From the NCBI RefSeq assembly GCF_009914755.1, contig NC_060948.1: DNA of 64,000 nt; one strand, 5' to 3'. Below the pieces are notes generated by a model. It did not search any database. It had not been told where the DNA came from and worked only from the letters and a program-made list of their open reading frames with translations. The DNA is from the human T2T-CHM13v2.0 reference genome, Homo sapiens. How positions within the stretch are numbered: position 1 is the stretch's first letter; each line of letters starts with the position of its first letter. Positions 1 to 13,383 of the stretch are shown piece by piece. Made by a program: the position numbers and the translations under genes.

Positions 1-282
1 ATGGCTCCAGTCTTATATCCCAGCATTTTGGGTGGCTGAGTGGGCATAGCACTTCAACTGAGGAGTTTGAAACCAGCCTGGGCAACATGGAGAAATCTTG
101 TCTGTACAAAATAGACAAAACATTTACTGGATGTGGTAGTGCATCAGTGTAGTACCAGATTTTTGGGGGCTGAGGCGGATGATCGCTTGAGCCCATGACA
201 TCCGGGTTTCGGTGAGCCTATTTGCTCCATTGCATTTCAGCCTGCATGACAAAGCAAGACCCTGTCCAAAAAAAAAAAAAAA
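1..282 (+). mobile_element. Alu SINE (old, AluJ-like), 5' end cut by window edge
   Basis: Alu motifs AGGAGTTTGAAACCAGCCTGGGCAACATGG and GATCGCTTGAGCCC, then poly(A) at 268-282. Confidence 0.9.
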
Positions 283-561
283 GGGGGGGGAAAAGGAAAA
301 AGTATCTGTGATACTCTCTCCCTAGGATTTTTTAACCCAAATTATCTCCATGAGGCATTCTGTCATAATGATTAAAAGGTAGGGGAAACAGAAGAGTAAC
401 CTGTAACATACCATTTATCAACCTTGTAACAGGGATTCTGTTTCAGCAGGTTAGAGTAAATGGAGAAAAATCATTAAATAACAAAAGCTAAAGCCTTATT
501 GCATCATTTTTCATAGGAACATAATGCTTATGAATGAATAATAGGATAATTTTTTTATCAT

Positions 562-1160
<599 letters not shown>

Positions 1161-1656
1161 CCCCTTCCAGCAGGAAGCCAAGTGACACTTCCACATGTTG
1201 AGCTTAAGGATGGTGGTGTGAGGTGGCAGTGATGATGTAATGAATTCTTTGGTTTGCAGTGTTTAACGCCTCCAGTGTTGGCATCAGGTATTAAAGGCAT
1301 GAAGATGATTTTTTAATTATTCAAATGTAGTCATCCACCTTCAGCTTACAAGGTTTGGGGACAACTGGGCAGTTTTACTTTTCAGTGATGCTAAATCATG
1401 AAAGGGGGATACAGTGTTGAAATTTTAGTTTGGAGAGTTGTAGCTATATATTGGATAAAATCAGAATTGAAATTGTAGACTAATAAAATATGTAAGACAA
1501 CTCACATGAGTGTGTTTTAGTTTTCCATTGAAACAAAATTCTCTCTGCAGTTACTTCTCTTAACTCTTGTTCACAAAATAAGTTTGGTCTGACTAGATTT
1601 GTCCTCATTTTTTACCTAAGTGCAGTAAGAATTGTCATTGACCACAAAGACATACG

Positions 1657-1751
1657 TATATACATATTTTATTATATATTTTATATATATTATATAATAT
1701 CTTATATCTTATATATTTTATTATATATAATTTATATATATATATATATAA
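1657..1751. repeat. (TA)n-rich simple repeat
   Basis: Direct reading; probably the expanded tail of the adjacent antisense Alu. Confidence 0.9.
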
Positions 1752-2031
1752 TTTTTTTAATTACAGACAGTGTCCAGCTCACTGCAATCTCCACCTTGTG
1801 GTCTGAAGTGATCCTCCAACCTCAGCCTCCTGAGTAGCTGAGACCATAGGCACAAACCGTTATGCTTGGCTAATTCTGTATGTTGTTTGTTTGTTTGTCT
1901 GTTTGTTTGATTTTGGAGATAGGGTTTTACCATGTTGCGCAGGCTAGTCTTGAACTTCTGGGCTGAAGTGGTTCTCCCACCTCTGCCTCTGAATTTGCTG
2001 GGATTTCAGGTGTGAGCCACCATGACCGGCC
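1752..2031 (-). mobile_element. Alu (AluJ-like, internally deleted)
   Basis: GCTCACTGCAATCTCC...CCTCAGCCTCCTGAGTAGCTG...GGTGTGAGCCACCATG. Confidence 0.85.
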
Positions 2032-2573
2032 ACAGAGGCCTTTCCACCTCACTTGGTGAGAACTTTATATAATTAGTTTCACATTATACTTTTTAAAGCC
2101 TTGAGACTAGAAATCAAGCCAGGAACTTGCCACCAGACTTCCCTTTCAGATTCTATACATTTGGTTGAACTCCTTTCCTCTCAGAGTCCTCAAATATCGT
2201 GAGGTTCCAGAGCTTGCCCAGAAGTAATCTTTCTCACATCGTCGGCTAGGAACTCTAACAAACTAACAGGCTGGTTTTTCCAAGAGGGCTCTATAAGTAT
2301 TTTCCCCACAGTCAACTTTAGTTCTTAAAGCTGACTGGTTATCCCTGATTGTATGCAAATCATTCTTAAATGTATTTGATATTTCAGACAAGGCTTTGTA
2401 ATAAAACCAGGTTCCAATTAGGTTCTGTTGAAAAGAGAACACATTCTTACTGAACTTTATAAATGACTCAGTTGCTATATAAATGTTTATAAAATCTTAA
2501 ATGTCCAGTGAACATAACATAGCTTAACTAATAAATTAGTAAATCCAAGAAGGATACAAATGACAAATGTATT

Positions 2574-2880
2574 CTCTCTCTTTTCTTTTTTATCTTTTGA
2601 GATTGAGTCTTGCCCTCTCACCGAGGCTGGACTGCAGTGGCATGATGTCGGCTCACTGCAACCCCTGCCTCCCGAGTTCAAGCAATTCTCCTGCCTCGGC
2701 CTCCCAAGTAGCTGAGATTACAGCTGCATACTACCATTCCTGGCTAATTTTTCTATTTCTAGTAGATATGGGGTTTTGACATAATGGCCAGGCTGGTCTC
2801 AAACTCCTGACCCCAGATGATCCACCTGCCTCGGCCTCCCAATGTGTTGGGATTAAAGGCATGAGCTACCATGCCTGGCC
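2574..2880 (-). mobile_element. Alu (AluS)
   Basis: Complete antisense Alu; ACAAATGT on both flanks (2563, 2882) as TSD. Confidence 0.95.
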
Positions 2881-3978
2881 CACAAATGTCTTTTTATACT
2901 TAATAATAACAACAATTTGTAATATGTAGCTGTTTGTATTAAACAATTTTAAAGTAATCTTAGTTACTAAATATTTGCATGAGTGATGTGAGCTTGAATA
3001 CATATTTCTAGAAAGGATTGTTAGGAGTATGTAATTCACAATAGTGATCATTTATCTCTAAGCCAATTTGAATAGCTCCCTTTTAAGTGATATTAAAAAT
3101 TAACTTGGTAATAATATCCAGAGATAGAAATATATCACACACACGTAGCACATATGCATAAAAATATAGAGACAAAAAGATTACGTAGCTCTCCTAAAAT
3201 TTAGTCATGAATGAGGCAATAGGGTAATATAAAACTTGCTGGTTTATGTCCATTTTATATTGTGTCTAAATTGTTCTTCTGAAAAATGATACAAGGTTGC
3301 CTATTCAATAGGAGGTCTGATACCTTTTGTCTGTATTGATGAAGAAGAATTTTATGATATTATTTTGCCCTAATATTTTATCTGTGGAGCCAGAGGACTA
3401 CATTTTAGGCATAGAATACATCTAGTTGCAGTCTGGATGTCTCCAAAGGCTGGGTAGATAAAATACTCAATCCCTTCTAATTAGCATTTTTCATTTCAGC
3501 TTCAGGCCAATAATTTTTTGGAGGGTGGGGAAGATACTTGAGTCACTCCAGAGCCTCTGATTTAGTGGGCCTACAATTCTGTTGACTATAAAGAGTTGAA
3601 AGGATAAAATAGGAAGGAAAAGGCTTGCTTAGGGGTAGATGGAAGAATGATGAGAGGTTTGAGGGAGGATATGTCAAAGGATTCAAGGAAGGTAAAGGGA
3701 AGATTGAAGGTAGTGAAAGGAGAAACAAGAAACATGAGTAATAAGAAGGAAGATATCAAAGAGGCACCACTGTAAGGAGATGTTAAGTTTCTCAAAGATC
3801 ATGGAAGTTCCAAATTATCCTTGAAAAATGCATGCCAACAACAAGGATATAGAGTTACCAAAGCCTAAAGTCCACAAGGGTTCAAGAAAGTGGGTTTTAG
3901 TTGGCTATGAGACTTCCATTGGAGAGGCAAGAATACAAATAAAGAACAGAGAGGTTTCAAAGAGCTTCAATGAAGATT

Positions 3979-4094
3979 AGAGATAGAGATAATGGGATAG
4001 AAAGATAGAGATAGAGATAGAGATAGAGATAGAGATAGAGAAAGAGATAGAGATACAGATAGAGATACAGATAGAGATAGATAAAGATAGAGAT
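3979..4094. repeat. (AGAGAT)n hexanucleotide microsatellite, DYS448-like paralogous locus
   Basis: Interrupted AGAGAT/ACAGAT units; flanks resemble recalled DYS448 flanks (GGAGAGGCAAG...CAAAGAGCTTCAATG). Confidence 0.8.
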
Positions 4095-4129
4095 TAACTT
4101 CCTGACAGGCTAGAAAGATGGGAAAATTC

Positions 4130-6205
4130 CCATTAAGGAAAAAAAGTCTCCAACATAGGGAATCAGGAAATAATCTCCACTCAGGAAAGAGACTAAAAAA
4201 AGGGAACCCAGCCAATGGATTCAAGGAAAACCCCACTCAGAAAGTAGCAAGGAAAAAATATGTTTAGCATAATCAGGGAAAAAAATCTTCATTGAGAATG
4301 ATACCCAACAGGACAATGAAGCCAAAAATGTCAGAGAATGAACCCCTCTTGGAAGGAAGAAGGGTATACAACACAGAACATAAAGCAATAATCCCAAACA
4401 TGAAGCAAAGCTGATAAAAAAAAGTTCCAGATTTGTAAATCAGGAAACAATTTCTAGTCAGATTAGAGAGCAAAGCAAGAGAGACTTGCAACCCCAGGGA
4501 GTCAGAGAATAATCATAAAAAAAAAGACAACCTGGGAAAAGAAAATGTCACCCTAGGAGACAGGGAATAATACCCAATAAAGAAAAAAAGCCAGGAAGAT
4601 GAGATTTCCAAATAATGTATCAGGAAATAATCCTCAGAAAATTGGAATAATCTGTAATAAGGGAAAAAAAGTTCAGAAAAACAAAAGAAGAAAATGTTCA
4701 TCTCTGGAGTCAGACAGTAATCCCTAGTAAGGGAAACACCAGGAGGAAAATACTTTTTGCACATTAGGAATAAATGTCGCTGGGGAAAGAGAGAGCCTAT
4801 AAGAAGGAACTTCTACCTAAGAAAGTTACAATAATCATTATTATTTTTTAAAGAGATAGAAAGAAGGATTTAAAACAAAGTCAGGGTATAATCCCCATCA
4901 GGGAATAGAGTCAGAAAGAAGAATTTTGAGCCCAAATGTCAGAGAAAAATTTCAAATCAGGAAAAAGAGTCAGGGGTGGCAAACTTCTATCCCAGGGAGC
5001 CAGGAAATAATCTTCAATCATGAAAAGAAGTAGAAAAACACTCTTTCACCAGAGAGCTTATTTAATATTTATCTCAGAGAAAAGAACAAAGGAAAAAAAA
5101 GAGGTTCAGTCCAAGGATTCAGAGAATAATACCAGTTTAGGCAGGGAACCAAGAAGAAGTGACTTTGAACTCAGAATCACATGAGAATTATTCTCACTTA
5201 GGAGAGAGAGACAATCAAGTAGTCAGAAAATTTTACCCGTTACCAAAGAGACAAGAAAGAAGAGATATCATATGCCAGAGAGTCAGAAAAGAGAGCTAAT
5301 AAGAAGTGACTTACAGCTCAGGGTGCCAGGGAATAAATTCCATTTGATAAGAGAGCCAGGAGGAATGTATTTCAAAGCAAGAAGTGAGAGAATAATTTTT
5401 ACTCAAGGAAGAGGTCTGGAAAGACATGATGTCCAATCAGGAAAATAATTTCTCTTACGAAACAGAGCCAGGAAAAACAGGTTTTCACTCCAGGAGTCAG
5501 AAAATTTCTACACAGGGAATAGAGACAGGAATTTTTTTTTTTCCTGCTCAGCAAAGAAGTCCAGAAATTTCCAAACCAGGAGTCCAGTCAAAAATCTTCA
5601 GAAAAACAATCAAAAACAAGAATTTTCTACCACAGGAGGCACAGAATACCTCACATTGAAGTAAAATAGCCAGAAAAAAGAGTACTATCCCAGAAATCCG
5701 GGAATAATTTATATTCAGATAAGACATCCCCTAAAAAAAAACTTCTGTCTTGTAAAGTCTGGGATTAGTCACCAATAAAACAACAGCAATGAAAATATAT
5801 GATGTTTACCACAGTCAGAGAATAATCCCTACTAGGTAAGGACAGAAAAGGTAGAAGGGACTTTCACTCCAGGAGTCAAGGAATAATTCCTACCAAGAGA
5901 TGATAGCAAAAAAAGACACTTTAAGCACAGAGAGTTAGGGAATAGTCCCTATTATGAAAACAAAGCAAGAAAAAAGACAAAAAGCTTTTAACCTATGTAG
6001 TAAGAAAATAATTCCCTACTCAGGGATATCAGGAAGTCAGGATTTCCTGACTTAAGCCCAGTGAGGCAGAAAATAATTTCTACTAGCAGGAGAGTCAGGA
6101 AGAATAGATATCCAACCTACATGCAAGGAAATGGGTTTCCTATTAAGAAAGACAGCAATGAAGAGGAGACTTTCAGATCAGGAGTAAAGGTCGGTCAAAT
6201 GTTCA

Positions 6206-6239
<34 letters not shown>

Positions 6240-6400
6240 AAAAAACAGTTAAATGGAGCTGACTTTCACACCAGTCTTGGAAGAAACATTTCACACTATA
6301 GAATATATTTCCGTCTCAAAACAGAGTATCATGATGAAGAGAATTACAGCCCAGGGGAGTTGTAACCAAGGTTGTAATCCCTACTCAAAGCAAACAAACA
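4130..6400. repeat. Degenerate purine-rich tandem array, period about 60 bp
   Basis: Anchor CAG(A/G)(A/G)AATAAT recurs at 4164, 4441, 4503, 4561, 4621, 5001, 5120, 5816, 5877, 5936, 6067. Confidence 0.75.
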
Positions 6401-6529
6401 AACAAGAATAAACCTTGTGGAGCCTAATGGGAAGGACATCAATCCCTGTGCCTTCTTCCCTGGCTTCCTTCAGTGATTAGGGAAAGCCTTTTTTTCTCTC
6501 CCCAGAAAGATGTTTGAAAGTCTTCAGAA

Positions 6530-6689
6530 GCGAGAAAAAAGGTCTCAACACTTCTAGTCCCTTCTTTCCTAACTTGCTTTAGTAATCTATTTGTGAAATC
6601 TCTCCCAGGAAGGAAACTAGAACAAATACTACTGAAAGCCTAAATGAGAAGAATGGCAATCACTGTGACTTCTTTCACATCCTTCAGTG
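6530..6689 (+). repeat. 160-bp inverted repeat, arm 1 (partner 11050-11209)
   Basis: Reverse complement matches 11050-11209 with about 3 mismatches by eye. Confidence 0.95.
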
Positions 6690-7649
6690 TTTTCTGCAAT
6701 TGTTCTCTCAAAGTAGGCTAGAGACAGACCTCTGTGAGCCAAACACAGAGAGACAGCACTGCCCAAGGCATTTTCTCTGACTGGCTCCAGCAAAATTTCC
6801 TGCAGTCTCTATCTGGAAGGAGGCAGAGAGTTGGAATACTTCCAAACCTAAATGAGAATAAAAGCACTTCCCACACTCATTTCCATGGCTTACTCTAATA
6901 GCAAATTTCTGCCATCCCTCACTAGAGAAAATCAGTGAATTAGATCTCTGAAATCTTGAATGGAAGAGAGACAGCACTTCCCTTCTGTCACCAGACATAG
7001 CATGCTTGCTTCACAGGCTTGTTCTAGCAACAAGTCGCACCTGCTATTCTCCCTGGACATCAGTAAAGTATAAATGTGACAGTGAACACCTCTCAGACCT
7101 TCTTGGCTTCTTCTCTGTCTTGCCACAGCAAGAAATCTGACTTGCAGATTCTTCCTGGAAAAAACTTGTGTGACTTTGGCAATGCAGAATGAGAAAGCAG
7201 GCATGTCTGCAATACCTTCTCCCTGGCTTGCTCTGGTGAGGAATCAAGATCTGTAGACCTTCCCTGGAAGTAGCTTCTGCAAACATCATGTGTCACAAAT
7301 TTTGCAGCCTATACCTAAAGGACTTGTGCTAAATTATTTACTTCTGTAAGTGAATGGGAATTTGTATTCTGAGTCTCCTATATCACAGAGAACAAGATTG
7401 TCAAAGTTGTAAATATTCAGTGGCCATGTGTGCAGATTCAGAGTGAGCATAATGAATGACTGCACAGGGGTCAGTCATGGACACTATTCTTGGCATAGGG
7501 CAGAACTAGTTGGACATAAACTCTGAATCTAAGCTTGTCCACACGTAAAATACATCTAATCCCTTTTAGCTACATATCATGGGGCTGGCCACTATCTTGC
7601 CTATGCCAAGGGAATATTATGATTTTGCACACCATACAATCCAGAGGGG

Positions 7650-8360
7650 CATAAGAAGAAAGACAGTGGGTTGGTTGGACAATCACAGAACTGAGTAGCA
7701 CCTGGAATCCCTGGTTGCACTGATAAGGAAATGAAATTTCCTACATAGGATGAGTTAAGGGAAACAGAGAAAGATGGTTATCTTCACTAACTTACAGAAA
7801 CCAACTCATAGTCAAGAAAAATGGAGCTGGTGGTAGTGGGTACGGGAGGGCAGGGCAGTGAGGGAGTGCAGTGGAGAGGAAAATACGTTCTGAGGTAAAG
7901 AACAAAAGAAATAAACAGAATTGGACTCTGATAAAATGAAAGTGTGTAATGTCCCTGACAGGGAAATCAAAACAGAAAGCTCTAAGGTATTACCATAAGT
8001 CTGGAGAGTAATGCATTTAAAAACTGAGAAGTTTAACAAAGAGGTAGAAAATATTTCAAGGTATCAAACAGAAATCAAAGAAGTAAAAACTACAGGAACT
8101 TAAGTCAAAAATTAAATAGATGGGTTGAACAGTAAACTGGTTCAAGCAGAACAAAGGATAAGCAAAATTAAGCCAAGTGTTTGAAAATAATCAAACTGGA
8201 GGATAAAACTGAAAGAGAAAAATAAGGAATCATGAAGACAGCCTAAGGAACTTATGGAACATTTTGAAGCAGGGTGATAATGTATGGAGTACTATAAGGA
8301 GAAGACAAAGATAAAAGGAGAGAAAAATAATTGACATATATTTTTAAACAAATAAAAAAT
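7650..8360 (+). mobile_element. Ancient L1M 5'/ORF1 remnant
   Basis: A-rich ORF1-like text (ATGGGTTGAACAGTAAACTGG...GCAGAACAAAGGATAAG...CAGCCTAAGGAACTTATGGAAC). Confidence 0.6.
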
Positions 8361-8364
8361 AAAA

Positions 8365-9900
<1,536 letters not shown>

Positions 9901-10702
9901 TCCAGTGCTTTCTTTTAAGCTTCAGATAATATTCTCACATGGATATGCAGATTAACAGCCAGCAGAAGGCCTGCATGAACTCTTTTGCCTCTCTGGGGTT
10001 TTCTTTTTGTGTAAGTCCTCTTTTATTTTCTGGCATTTTGTTCTACAGATTCTAGCTTTCTTGATATAGTTGAACTCTGATTTTAGTCTTCTCAATCTAG
10101 TAACACCCCCTAAGTTATGGCCTGGTGATAAGTAGGGTTCATCCTTACACTGTCTTTGTTCATCTTTTCTGAGAAATTATTGTTTGGTGCTGCCTGGAAT
10201 TGAATGTAGAAAAATCTTTGGTTCATATTTCTCTCTAGTTTTATACTTATTTAACCTGGCAGGGTAAATATGGTCCCCATTACCCCATTATGGTTAGTGG
10301 CATAACAGGGGCCATGGAAGGCTTTCAGAAGTCATTTTTGAAGACTCAGTGCAAATTCGGTTTGCATAATGAACTTAGATAAAATACAGCCAAGAAAATA
10401 ATGTTAGCAGAAACCAGGCCCTATAGAAATCTTTTTAGTAAGTTATTATGCTCAGACTTAAAAGAATAAAAAAACAGACCAAAGGGTAAAATATACATAT
10501 TCTAACTTTAATCTGGGGTATTAAAATTATTCAGACAGTTGTGCAAATAAAATTCAAATATAGTTGAAACATTTATATAAGCTTGTCTATATACTACTTT
10601 CTGTGTCAAAGGAATACATACAGATAAACATTTCAGAAAGAACCTAAAAAGTGGCTTATTATATTCTCAAAAATTTCCACATTTATTTCATTGTATTTTA
10701 CA

Positions 10703-10967
10703 TTTTTCAAAGAGTCCGGTTCTCTGGCCCACGCTAGAGTGCAATGGCGCGATCTTGGCTCTCTGCAACCTCTACCTCCTGGAGTCAATTCTCCTGCCTC
10801 CTGAGTAGCTGGGACTACAGGCATATGCCGCCAGACCTGGCAAAATTTTTTGTATTTTTAGTAAAGCTGGGCTTTCACCATGTTGGCCTGGCTGGTCTCA
10901 TTTGAGATACACCGGCCTCAGCCTCCCAAAGTGCTGGGATTACAGGTGTGAACAACTTTGTCTGGCT
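10703..10967 (-). mobile_element. Alu (AluS-like, small deletions)
   Basis: GAGTGCAATGGCGCGATCTTGGCT...CCTCCCAAAGTGCTGGGATTACAGG. Confidence 0.9.
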
Positions 10968-11049
10968 TAAAAAAAAAAAAGAAACACATTTTAAAATAAA
11001 ATAGAATACAAATTATTATGGACATTACAATTTTTATATCTTGTATAAT

Positions 11050-11209
11050 CACTGAAGGATGTGAAAGAAGGCACAGTGATTGCCATTCTTCTCATTTAGG
11101 CTTTCAGTAGTATTTGTTCTAGTTTCCTTCCAGGGAGAGATTTCACAAATAGATTACTAAAGCAAGTTAGGAAAGAAGGGACTAGAAGTGTTGAGACCTT
11201 TCTTCTCGC
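11050..11209 (-). repeat. 160-bp inverted repeat, arm 2 (partner 6530-6689)
   Basis: CACTGAAGGATGTGAAAGAAG...TTGAGACCTTTCTTCTCGC is the reverse complement of arm 1. Confidence 0.95.
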
Positions 11210-12360
11210 CTTCCCTGTATTGTATTGTATATAGGAATCAATTTTTCAAAATCAGAAAATGTGATTCACTTCTGGGGATTCTAGGCATATTAGATATTTT
11301 TACCAGTTGTATTTACTATGGGGAAAAGAGCTAGACAGAGAAATTCTGTGACTTAATCCAGCTAGTCTATGAGTACATAGGACAACCCCATAATCTAATA
11401 AAATTGCATTGACTTGTTACAGTAAGGTCAACCATGCCTGTGGGGCAACTAAAGTAATAAAACTAGGTACTGTAAGATTTTTGGGAAAGGTGGTGAACAG
11501 ATATTTAAACAGAACAGACTTTCAATAGGTTCAAGGTAAAGTACACCTATGTATGAAAGGCCAAAATATCATGTTTAGACTGTGAGAGAACCCAGTGTCT
11601 CTTCCTTGTAGATCACAAGTTGACATTTGTGTGGAATTTTGAGTGCAAATGCTTGTTATTTGAAGCTATGCACCTAAACTGGAAATCAGTTTTTCTTCTG
11701 TGGAAAGTGACATAAATCAGCCAGGCAAGATGTCCTAAATTTTATCTTCACTGATAACATTTCAAACAGCAAATACTCTGTTTATAATTTTAGACCATAA
11801 AGTTTGTCAGTGAGTAAGAAAGCAGAAGTCATGGAGATGATAATTTTTGTGACCCTTTATATCTGTGCTCAGACATTGGCAGAAATATTGATTTCCATTA
11901 AGTCGGGAGCTGGCTTTTCAGTTCTTCTCCCCTCAGCGTGACGGATTGAGATGGTGGATTTTCACCTTCTCAGCTTCGTTTTACCTTCTATCCTGTTAGA
12001 ATGTACATATCTCAGCATTATTGCTATTTCCAGTAACAAAGCTGAACTTGCTTGTTTATACTATAGACAATTTAAAGTAAAGAAAACTACCACATTAGCT
12101 TCTACATTTCAAAGTAAAACTAAGTAAAATTTGGTCATTTTTTATTACCATGTCTGTATACTTTTACTGCATTTGTATATGCAATTTGATGTAAGTAATT
12201 CAAAGTTAACATTACTATTAATGGTATTGACTATGGATGCTCTTTTTTCTATTGGCCCTTTTTTTTGTTCACACTTAGGCAATTTCCTACATTTTGCTAC
12301 TAAATATTTTTTCAGATAACTTTCTTCTGCATTCCTACTTTCCTAATGTACAAGGAAACT

Positions 12361-12819
12361 TGTAAGTAGGGATTTTAAGTTGGTAGTCATACAGCAACAC
12401 ACATGTACATTTGTACGTGTTTAATATAAACAGACCAGTAAGAGAATATAAAGAGCAAAATAAAACAAGTAAATATTGCCCAGTTCTCAAATGAAGAAAC
12501 CAGTCTTCATGGCAAAATCTTTAGCATGAAGTCATATGCCACTCTACAAAATAAACAATGGTCCAGAGCTTGTAACCCAGCACTTTCGGGTGTAAGTAGG
12601 GATTTTAAGTTGGTAGTCATACAGCAACACACATGTACACTTGTACATGTTTAATATAAACAGACCAGTTAGAGACTATAAAGAGCAAAATAAAACAAGT
12701 AAATATTGCCCAGTTCTCAAATGAAGAAACTAGTCTTCATGGCAAAATCTTTAGCATGAAGTCATATGCCACTCTACAAAATAAACAATGGTTCAAGCTT
12801 GTAACCCAGCACTTTCGGA
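12361..12819. repeat. Tandem duplication, 2 x 230 bp
   Basis: TGTAAGTAGGGATTTTAAGTTGG starts at 12361 and 12591; copies differ at only a handful of sites. Confidence 0.97.
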
Positions 12820-13066
12820 GGCCGAGAAAGTCAGAGCACTGTAGATGAGGAGTTCAAGACCAGCCTGGCCAACACCAGGAAACCCCATCTCTGCCAAAAA
12901 TATGAAAATTAGCCGGACATGGTGTTGCATGCCTGTAGTACCTTAACTTGGGAGGCTGAGGCGTGATAATTGTTTGAACCCAGGAGGCTGAGTCTACAGT
13001 GAGCTGAGACTGCACCATGTACCCTAGCCTGGGTGACAGAGCGAGACTTCAGCTCAAAAATAAATA
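12790..13066 (+). mobile_element. Alu (AluS/J)
   Basis: TGTAACCCAGCACTTTCGGAGGCCGAG...GAGTTCAAGACCAGCCTGGCC...GGGTGACAGAGCGAGACT. Confidence 0.9.
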
Positions 13067-13073
13067 TGAAAGT

Positions 13074-13150
13074 AAACATGTATACATATGTAACAAACCT
13101 GCACATTGTACATATGTACCCTGGAACTTAAAGTATAATAAATAAATAAA
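13074..13150 (+). mobile_element. L1PA extreme 3' end fragment
   Basis: CATGTATACATATGTAACAAACCTGCACATTGTACATATGTACCCTGGAACTTAAAGTATAATAAA. Confidence 0.9.
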
Positions 13151-13211
13151 TATATATATATATATATAAATAAAATAGACATGGTATCCTTCACGTCAGG
13201 CTGTTATCATA

Positions 13212-13383
13212 TTTTCTTTCTTTTTTTTTTTTTTAAGACAGTGTCTCACTCTGTTGTCCACACTGGATTGCATTGGCATCATCATAGCTCACTGCAGGCT
13301 TGAACTCCTGAGTTCAAATGCTCGGGTCTCCCATTTCAGCCTCCTTAGTAGCTGGAATTACAGGCACACACAACCATGTGCAG
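13212..13383 (-). mobile_element. Alu monomer (FRAM/AluJ arm)
   Basis: Poly(T) then AGACAGTGTCTCACTCTGTTG...ATCATAGCTCACTGCAG. Confidence 0.8.

Larger units (their letters stand above)
1190..3960 (-). mobile_element. Degenerate ERV1 (MER4-group) internal sequence, interrupted by Alus and (TA)n
   Basis: Collinear similarity to the ERV internal segment at 29000-29600 (AAGTGCAGTAAGAAT vs CAGTGCAGCAAGAAT; GGTTGAACTCCTTTCCTC vs GGGTGAATTCCTCTCCTC; CTGTTGAAAAGAGAACACATTCTTACTGAAC vs TGTTACAAAAGAAAATAGATTCATATTGCAC). Right boundary uncertain. Confidence 0.6.

Noticed and set aside
4130-6400. CRISPR-like repeat/spacer reading of the 60-bp array
   Set aside because: Eukaryotic context, the whole unit is degenerate, no identical repeats with unique spacers, no cas genes.
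6700-7320. Overlapping minus-strand ORFs in unique sequence
   Set aside because: Short, no recognisable motif and no consistent splice structure.
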